Positions 57,666 to 64,000 of a stretch of DNA of 64,000 nucleotides are shown here, in pieces; position 1 is the first letter of the stretch; each line of letters begins with the position of its first letter. The position numbers and the translations under genes were made by a program. The notes under the pieces are model-generated. The model worked only from the letters and a program-made list of their open reading frames with translations. It had not been told where the DNA came from and did no database searches. Location of the stretch: contig JBBSBF010000002.1 of the NCBI GenBank assembly GCA_038251535.1, forward strand, positions 2,220 to 66,219, written 5' to 3'. Source of the DNA: Minisyncoccia bacterium (GTDB taxonomy: Bacteria; Patescibacteriota; Minisyncoccia; Phycocordibacterales; UBA9973).

Positions 57666-58028
57666 ATGGCAACATTTGACAAATTTCTCACCGAACTCGA
57701 AGGAGCTTCAGTGATTGAACTAAACGATTTGGTAAAGGCGATCGAGGAAAAATTTGGTGTTTCAGCAGCTGCAGTTTCTGCAGCCCCTGCTGCGGCAGCA
57801 GGTCCTGTTGAAGAAAAAGACAGCTTTACTGTTGTGCTTGCTTCTGCAGGGGAACAGAAAATCGCCGTGATGAAGGCGGTGAAGGAAGCACTTGGGTTGG
57901 GTCTCAAGGAGGCAAAAGACCTCGTTGATGGCGCACCAGCGACCCTCAAGGACGGTATGAAGAAAGACGAAGCAGAAGCCCTCAAGAAATCTATCGAGGA
58001 GGCGGGTGGGAAGATCGAATTGAAATAA
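57666..58028 (+). CDS. rplL: 50S ribosomal protein L7/L12
   Basis: Ala-rich hinge and a conserved C-terminal domain ([25 protein letters not shown]...). Confidence 0.95.
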   Translation: MATFDKFLTELEGASVIELNDLVKAIEEKFGVSAAAVSAAPAAAAGPVEEKDSFTVVLASAGEQKIAVMKAVKEALGLGLKEAKDLVDGAPATLKDGMKKDEAEALKKSIEEAGGKIELK

Positions 58029-58050
58029 TTCAAAGTATTTCATGCGCACA

Positions 58051-58079
58051 AAAAACTCCGATTATTCGGAGTTTTTTTG
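58051..58079 (+). terminator. rho-independent terminator
   Basis: aactccg-attatt-cggagtt followed by T7. Confidence 0.7.
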
Positions 58080-58183
58080 TTGGGAGATTTTGACGAAGCG
58101 CACATTTTGAACATACAGTGCTTATAACTGAAGGGGGAGCGGAGATACTTACTAAATAAAGAGAATTTTGGTAAACTAGAAGT

Positions 58184-58396
58184 ATGATAAAGAGGGTACT
58201 CTGTTTTTCAATACTGACGGTATTTTGTGTCTTTGGGTTTTTCAATCATGCCCATGCAGCACTGACGGATAACTTGAGTGCGTATTGGAAACTCGATGAA
58301 GCAAGTGGCACGAGAGTAGATAGCGCTGGAAGCAACGATCTCACCTCAAACAATAGTGTCGGGCAAGCAGTCGGCAAACTTGGGAATGCCTCATAG
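58184..58396 (+). CDS. N-terminal fragment (signal peptide plus start of a LamG domain) of the giant surface protein, ended by an in-frame TAG
   Basis: Signal peptide, then DNLSAYWKLDEASG...GKLGNAS, which continues in the same frame after the TAG at 58394-58396 as FTATSSQYLSIPDNAAL... Confidence 0.55.
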   Translation: MIKRVLCFSILTVFCVFGFFNHAHAALTDNLSAYWKLDEASGTRVDSAGSNDLTSNNSVGQAVGKLGNAS

Positions 58397-58420
58397 TTTA
58401 CAGCTACTAGTAGTCAGTAT

Positions 58421-61400
58421 TTGAGCATTCCTGATAATGCAGCACTAAGTACAGGGGATATAGATTTTACTGTTGCAGGGTGGGTGTACTTAAGCTCTAA
58501 AACTACCTCACAAGGTTTAATAGGTAAATGGGATAGTGGAACTACTCGTGAATATCTTATTTATTATAATACCAGCGGTGATAGTTTTAATTTTGGTGTA
58601 AGCAGTAATGGAAGTAATTTAACAACCATTACAGCTAGCAGTTTTGGTTCTCCTGCTCTTAACACATGGTATTATGTCGTTGGATGGCATGATTCTGTTA
58701 ACAACACACTCAATATTCAAGTAAATAATGGGACAACAAACTCAGTTAGTTATTCTTCTGGAGTTATTGATAGCACGTCTTCATTTTATATTGGGCAGTA
58801 CCAAGGTGGACAATTTTTTACTGGTAATATAGATAGTGTCGGCCTTTGGAAGAGAGTGTTAACTAGTCCTGAAAAAGCAACACTTTATAATTCAGGAAAT
58901 GGACTTGAATATCCTTTTGTGGTCACTGTTCCCGATGCTCCAACTTCACTTTCAGCAAATACGGGAAATGCACAAGCTTATTTGTACTGGGACCCACCTT
59001 CTAATACTGGTGGTTCATCAATCACAGATTATATTGTCGAATATAAACTTTCAAGTGAGCCAACGACTTGGTCAACGTTCTCTGATGGGACGAGTACAGT
59101 AACGTATACCACAGTTACGGGGCTGACAAATAACCTTTCTTATGATTTTCGAGTCAGCGCAGTAAATGCAATCGGTACTGGTACAGCATCAGGTGTCGCG
59201 ACAACAACACCCCTTCTTCTGTCGACTTTGTTAAGTGATAGCTTCACCGGTACAACTATCGATACAGCAAAATGGACAGAAATAGATAGCATTGCAGGTG
59301 GTACAGGTGGAAACGTTACTCAAAATGGAACATTAAGTGTTGCAAATAGTTTCGTTGCATCGACATGGGGAGCAACAGCGCTTTATTCTACGAACACCTT
59401 TTCTTCAAACGGTCTTGAAATATCAGCAATTATGACTCCGGGAGGTGATCAGTTTATTGAGTATGGTGACATCAATTTTCAATCTGCGGGGACTAGAGCA
59501 TACATACTTTTTTTGACAGGTGGTGGTGTTCAAGGAATTGCTAAAAAGGATGGAGCGTATACATCGAATGTAAGTTGCGGAACAGCAACAAGTGGGGCTA
59601 CGTACAAGATGAAAATTATTACAACTGGATTTCAAATATACAAGAATGGTGTATTACAGTGCGTTGCAAATCCCGGAGCTTCTAATTTAGTGGATAATAA
59701 ACCTGTTTTTCTTGAATCCGCTACAACTGCGAGTACTTTTGATGATGTATTAGTTTACGGTGATAGCGCGACAAGTACAGTACCAGATGCTCCAACTGCG
59801 GTCTCAGCAACAGCGGGGGATGCACAGGCAATTGTCTCTTTCACCGCACCAGCTTCAAATGGAGGATCTGCTATTACAAGCTACACAGTTACCTCCTCTC
59901 CTGGTGGCATTACGGGTACAGGTTCTACTTCTCCAATTACCGTTACTGGTCTGACAAACAATACCGCTTACACATTTATTGTTACCGCAACAAACTCTAT
60001 TGGGACTAGTGCCTCTTCATCTTCTTCAAATAGTGTCACTCCTACTGCTTCTTCATTACAATCAATATCGATTACAAATGCAAATCTTGTCTGGAGTCCT
60101 TACAATTGGCATTTCAACGGATCAACATCTGCAACTACTAATCCTGGCGGAGCATATGTAAAGGTTGCATTTAGTGGCACAACGCTTGCGATTGGCGTCG
60201 ATACATCTTCGCTAGGCTCTGTACCTGCTTCATCGATACACATTCATACATTTATTGATGGTTCAACAAGTCTTATTGATAAAACACTTGCAAATGCAGT
60301 GAGTAACACGGTCACCATAAGCAGTTCTCTTTCTTCTGGCAATCATTATGCAATTATATATCTTGGTATTACAGACAATAATGTCGCCTATGATAGATGG
60401 ACTGTCCCCAATAATGCATTAAAAATAACGAACATAAAAATTGATGCTGCAGAGAGTATCTTGTCATTGAGCAGTACACCATTGGCACAAAAATCACAAA
60501 AAATAATTATATTTGGTGATTCAATTACTGAAGGATCTATTAACATTGTCACCGGCTCCGAATATGGGTATGCAGCAATTATGGGTAAGACGTACAATGC
60601 TGAATACGGACAAATTGGGTATGGAGGACAAGGATGGAATAGAGGAGGAAGAGGAAGTGTGCCTGCATTTTATAACGCAACAACACCAGGGCTTGCCTCG
60701 TGGCGTTCGTACGACAGCACCGCAACTAGACTCGTAGATGTAAACGACCTTTCCGCGGGTTTTATTGGAGGAAATCCGGATGCAGTATTTGTCAATATGG
60801 GCACTAACGATGCTATTAATAGTGTTGGTACAACACTGCAAGAAAATGCTATAGCTGCATGGCTCGCAGATATCAGGTTGACTGTGGGTAATACTGCGAA
60901 AATCTTTATTATCTCTCCATTTGATTTTGGCAATACAGGAAGTAGTACTTATGCACCGTATAAGACATCTTTATTGGCTGGCATTAATGATTATAAATTG
61001 GCAGACCCTGCTGATAATAAAGTATATATACTTGATTTAGGTATGCCTGGTTATAATACTGTCGTTGCTAATTCAAGTGATAGTCTTCATCCAAACAATA
61101 CTGGGTCTGCATTGCTTGGTAATCAATTAGCGGCACTAGCTGTTTCCACGTCAACTTTTACGACATCTCCAAGCACCACAGTGCAAGACAGTACTGCTGT
61201 CACTATCACCCTTACCGGTACTGGTACAGCGTGGACAACTGGAACGCCAGGGACCCCTACCTTCTTACTCTCTGGAGGAACCGGTGCTAGTATTACTGCT
61301 CAAACAATCACTTCAAGTACCAGTGCCACACTCACCATCAATGCTGGCAGTGCAGTAACTACTCTTACCATCGCTGACCCAACAAATAATTCAACAACTA

Positions 61401-62443
61401 CTGTTTCTGTTACTTCATCTGATATTATCCCACCCGTTATTTCACTTACCACACCTTCTGTGGGTACTGTTTCCGGACCTTCAGTTACTGTCTCGGCATC
61501 AGCTTCTGATAATGCAGTTGTCATTGGTGTTCAGTTTAAACTCGATGGAAGTAATCTTCAAGCTGAAGACATTGTATCTCCTTATGTGATTAGTTGGGAC
61601 ACTACTACCGTTGCAGATGGAATTCACACGCTGACTGCAGTTGCTAGAGATGCAGCAGGGAATAGTACAACGACTTCATCGACCTCTGTAACTGTCGACA
61701 ACACCCCTCCCTCCCTCTCCCTCGGTTCTCCTTCAGGCTCTCTTGCTTCCTCAACCACCTCAACTACACTCTCCATCACCACCGACGAATCTTCCACCTG
61801 CAAATACGACACCACCCCAAGCACTCTCTACGCATCCATGTCTCACACCTTTGATACCACGGGAGGTACTTCTCACACTTCTTCTCTCACCAGTCTCACC
61901 TCTGGAACGTCATACTCATACTACATCCGTTGCATCGACGCTTCTTCCAATGCAAACACGTCTGACTACACCATCTCCTTCTCAGTTGATGCTCTCTCAA
62001 CCATCCCTCATATCAACATCACCTCTATCGGATACAATCCTTCATTCCTTCCAGGTCTTCTCTTTCCAATCACTAACAGCACTAACAGCACTAACAGCAC
62101 TGACACCACTGCGTGTAGAAGAGGAGACTCCTTCTCCATGACTACCGGTGCTCGATGTACACCTACTACTCCTTACACTCCACCATCATCATTCATCTTC
62201 ACCCGTTCACTCTCTTGGCATGACACAGGGGACGACGTCAGATCCCTCCAACACTATCTCAACACCCACAACACACCTGTTGCACCCTCTGGTGTTGGCT
62301 CTCTCAATCATGAGACAACATACTTTGGGTTAGCGACGAGAGCTGCAGTGATGGCATTCCAGAAGGCGAACGGACTCGTCGATGATGGGGTGGTGGGGCC
62401 GATCACGAGGAAGGTGATTGAGTCCGTCGAAAGGCAGAATTGA
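58421..62443 (+). CDS. giant secreted multidomain surface protein: LamG - FN3 - FN3 - SGNH/GDSL hydrolase - Ig-like Thr/Ser-rich region - C-terminal peptidoglycan-binding domain
   Basis: Two FN3 units (PDAPTSLSA...YLYWDPP, PDAPTAVSA...IVSFTAP). SGNH block I (IIFGDSITEG) and block V (DSLHPNNTG). A C-terminal PG_binding_1 motif (AAVMAFQKANGLVDDGVVGPIT). The ORF begins with TTG and is in frame with the 58184 fragment. Confidence 0.7.
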   Translation: MSIPDNAALSTGDIDFTVAGWVYLSSKTTSQGLIGKWDSGTTREYLIYYNTSGDSFNFGVSSNGSNLTTITASSFGSPALNTWYYVVGWHDSVNNTLNIQVNNGTTNSVSYSSGVIDSTSSFYIGQYQGGQFFTGNIDSVGLWKRVLTSPEKATLYNSGNGLEYPFVVTVPDAPTSLSANTGNAQAYLYWDPPSNTGGSSITDYIVEYKLSSEPTTWSTFSDGTSTVTYTTVTGLTNNLSYDFRVSAVNAIGTGTASGVATTTPLLLSTLLSDSFTGTTIDTAKWTEIDSIAGGTGGNVTQNGTLSVANSFVASTWGATALYSTNTFSSNGLEISAIMTPGGDQFIEYGDINFQSAGTRAYILFLTGGGVQGIAKKDGAYTSNVSCGTATSGATYKMKIITTGFQIYKNGVLQCVANPGASNLVDNKPVFLESATTASTFDDVLVYGDSATSTVPDAPTAVSATAGDAQAIVSFTAPASNGGSAITSYTVTSSPGGITGTGSTSPITVTGLTNNTAYTFIVTATNSIGTSASSSSSNSVTPTASSLQSISITNANLVWSPYNWHFNGSTSATTNPGGAYVKVAFSGTTLAIGVDTSSLGSVPASSIHIHTFIDGSTSLIDKTLANAVSNTVTISSSLSSGNHYAIIYLGITDNNVAYDRWTVPNNALKITNIKIDAAESILSLSSTPLAQKSQKIIIFGDSITEGSINIVTGSEYGYAAIMGKTYNAEYGQIGYGGQGWNRGGRGSVPAFYNATTPGLASWRSYDSTATRLVDVNDLSAGFIGGNPDAVFVNMGTNDAINSVGTTLQENAIAAWLADIRLTVGNTAKIFIISPFDFGNTGSSTYAPYKTSLLAGINDYKLADPADNKVYILDLGMPGYNTVVANSSDSLHPNNTGSALLGNQLAALAVSTSTFTTSPSTTVQDSTAVTITLTGTGTAWTTGTPGTPTFLLSGGTGASITAQTITSSTSATLTINAGSAVTTLTIADPTNNSTTTVSVTSSDIIPPVISLTTPSVGTVSGPSVTVSASASDNAVVIGVQFKLDGSNLQAEDIVSPYVISWDTTTVADGIHTLTAVARDAAGNSTTTSSTSVTVDNTPPSLSLGSPSGSLASSTTSTTLSITTDESSTCKYDTTPSTLYASMSHTFDTTGGTSHTSSLTSLTSGTSYSYYIRCIDASSNANTSDYTISFSVDALSTIPHINITSIGYNPSFLPGLLFPITNSTNSTNSTDTTACRRGDSFSMTTGARCTPTTPYTPPSSFIFTRSLSWHDTGDDVRSLQHYLNTHNTPVAPSGVGSLNHETTYFGLATRAAVMAFQKANGLVDDGVVGPITRKVIESVERQN
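62072..62107 (+). repeat. 9-nt microsatellite (actaacagc) x3 plus a degenerate copy, encoding TNSTNSTNSTD
   Basis: Read directly from the sequence, inside the giant surface protein gene. Confidence 0.7.
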
Positions 62444-62580
62444 AGTAAATTTCAAACACCTCACTATCGAAAACAAAGCACCCGAACGGGTGCTTTGTTA
62501 TTTGGGTCTATATCATACGGATGGTTGACATTTTATACTTTGTACTATATAATAATCCCAAACATTTTAAAACTTTAAAA

Positions 62581-63210
62581 ATGAAAAAGATAGTTATATT
62601 TCTCACGGCACTTGTGCTCCTTTCTGTGCTCCTTTCTTCATGCAAGAAAGAGCATTCGGTAGTAGTAGCTACTGACGGTCCTGAAAAAATGGACCAAAAA
62701 ATAATTCAACAATTGATAAAGGAAACGGGTGAACGGGCATCACACCCACAATGTAATGAGGGTGTTGCCCCAAATCCGGTGGGCACAGGGTTTGTTATTA
62801 CAGATCCTATGCTACATAGCGATTCGTCAAGAATCGATGTGTATGGATTTTACTTTTATTTTGACCAATCAGCAAAATGGCCAAAAATAATGGCCATAAC
62901 AGTATCCTGGATGGATGGGGGGATAAAACAAAGTCGACTTTCGACGTTTTGGGTCAAGAGTCTCGTGGACCCGAATGATCTGGGAACATTAATAATGAAT
63001 GTAAATGTTCCGAAAGAAAAGGATTTCACGATAGACATTTACGGTTTCTCTTCACTATCTTGCTCCTCGCATTGTTTGGTAGTTAACCACTTCCAATCAC
63101 CGACCTACTTCATCTCGAGAGAAGGGGTCATGGTGAAAAATAATGATCAGCTGGAATTCAATCGAATGAAAACAGGGGGTCAAAATCACATAAGTTATTC
63201 GGTACAATAA
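62581..63210 (+). CDS. hypothetical lipoprotein
   Basis: Signal peptide with a lipobox-like LSSC. The ORF tool starts it at 62521; MKKIVIF at 62581 is the better start. Confidence 0.4.
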   Translation: MKKIVIFLTALVLLSVLLSSCKKEHSVVVATDGPEKMDQKIIQQLIKETGERASHPQCNEGVAPNPVGTGFVITDPMLHSDSSRIDVYGFYFYFDQSAKWPKIMAITVSWMDGGIKQSRLSTFWVKSLVDPNDLGTLIMNVNVPKEKDFTIDIYGFSSLSCSSHCLVVNHFQSPTYFISREGVMVKNNDQLEFNRMKTGGQNHISYSVQ

Positions 63211-63327
63211 AAAATCATTTTCCGTACACTATCTGCTCGCAAGCCGCACCTCAATAGGGGCGGTTTTTTTATACTTGACAAATATTTGAAATATGATATA
63301 GTCATAAAAAACCTAAAACTTTAAAAA

Positions 63328-63684
63328 ATGAAAAAAATACTGATTTTACTCAATGTGTTGTTATTAACAGTTACCTGTACCGTTGGTCAAATAAATACTA
63401 AAACTTCAATAAAAAATTACGAAAAAATACTCAAAGTGGATGGAGTAGAGTTTGCTGGAACCCGGGCTGAACTTTTAGCTCTTTATCCAAAAAGCTTACT
63501 TGTAAATCAACCAAAAGACAGTCTACTTCTGTATATGGTGGCCTTACCTAATAAGGCAAGAGTTCGTCGTAGGGTTGCGGTAGGAGAATACCCATTCCAT
63601 ATTTGGAAAGGGACATTCCGACTCCAGACTGTCGGAGAATACAAGGGTTATTGGCTTTACATAAACAAATGGAAACAAAGCTAG
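63328..63684 (+). CDS. hypothetical small secreted/lipoprotein
   Basis: Signal peptide with LTVTC. Its upstream region is similar to that of the preceding lipoprotein gene (aaaactttaaaaaatgaaaaa). Confidence 0.4.
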   Translation: MKKILILLNVLLLTVTCTVGQINTKTSIKNYEKILKVDGVEFAGTRAELLALYPKSLLVNQPKDSLLLYMVALPNKARVRRRVAVGEYPFHIWKGTFRLQTVGEYKGYWLYINKWKQS

Positions 63685-63798
63685 TAAAAGATATAGCCCA
63701 CAACTACAATGTTGTGGGCTATTTTTATATTCTAAACACTGATTTGGACACCGCAATCATTGGGAGTATACTCTCTATATCCGTAAGTGGAAAAAGAA

Positions 63799-64000
63799 AT
63801 GGAAATTTTAGGAAAATTATTAGGCGGAATTCCGCGAGTAAAGATTATGCGATTATTTCTCCTCAATCCTGAGGCGGGGTTTGAAACGGTGGATATCACC
63901 GAACGCAGTCGTATCAGTCCAACTCACTCGCGTAAATCAGTAGCCACTCTCGCTGCAATGGATTTTATTGTGAAAAAGTCTTTTACCAAGGAAACGACCA
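63799..64000 (+). CDS. partial CDS (5' end only), hypothetical, possibly a small HTH protein
   Basis: ATG at 63799 and an open frame to the window edge (MEILGKLLGGIPRVKIMRLFLLNPEAGFETVDITERSR...). Confidence 0.3.
   Translation, partial: MEILGKLLGGIPRVKIMRLFLLNPEAGFETVDITERSRISPTHSRKSVATLAAMDFIVKKSFTKETT

Noticed and set aside
1-64000. tRNA, rRNA, tmRNA, SRP RNA and RNase P RNA genes
   Set aside because: I scanned the intergenic regions for the GTTCGANTCC T-loop box, the tmRNA and SRP domain-IV signatures, and the RNase P P4 motifs, and found none. The structured candidates at 18.2, 23.4 and 37.4 kb do not match these by eye. An Infernal scan is needed.

Overview
This 64 kb window looks like a compact, low-GC (about 40-45%) genome from a Candidate Phyla Radiation / Parcubacteria-like bacterium (inference from gene content). 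Almost all of it is back-to-back housekeeping genes, mostly on the + strand. In order: msrB, trhO, pheS-pheT, an FKBP isomerase, a MacAB-like tripartite efflux set (HlyD-family adaptor, FtsX-type permease, ABC ATPase), a SIMPL-domain protein, and secE-nusG-rplK followed by a terminator with no rplA. Next comes a thymidylate island (two tandem folA paralogs, a cytidylyltransferase-like gene, a dCMP-deaminase-fold fusion, a HIT-like gene and thyA), followed by argS, ndk, a beta-CASP MBL ribonuclease, a LOG/TIGR00725-like gene and a P-type ATPase. Then ileS carrying an inserted histidine-phosphatase domain, an alpha/beta hydrolase, a recO-like gene, a 629-aa membrane-anchored repeat protein, glyQS, an M16 peptidase, an AI-2E transporter, metG and tatD. 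After that are rpsF-ssb-rpsR, efp, recA and ftsK. The accessory-looking end holds a DeoR-like regulator and a cell-surface glycan cluster: a Wzy_C (O-antigen-ligase/PglL-like) protein with C-terminal TPR repeats, three glycosyltransferases, a Wzx flippase and a polyprenyl-phosphate sugar transferase. That cluster is flanked by two Ser/Thr-rich secreted proteins carrying peptidoglycan-binding domains. The window ends with rplJ-rplL, a roughly 1400-aa LamG-FN3-SGNH-PGbinding surface protein split by a single in-frame TAG, and two paralogous small lipoproteins. I could not recognise any rRNA, tRNA, CRISPR array, transposase or integrase. The items most worth a second look are: the histidine-phosphatase (PGM-superfamily) domain inside ileS; degenerate HIGH motifs in IleRS and MetRS; a 20-nt identical in-frame insert shared by pheS and argS; a small family of long-stem structured repeats at about 9.6 kb and 40.0 kb; tandem repeats in the efp 3' region; three further candidate structured RNAs; and the possible surface protein O-glycosylation locus.
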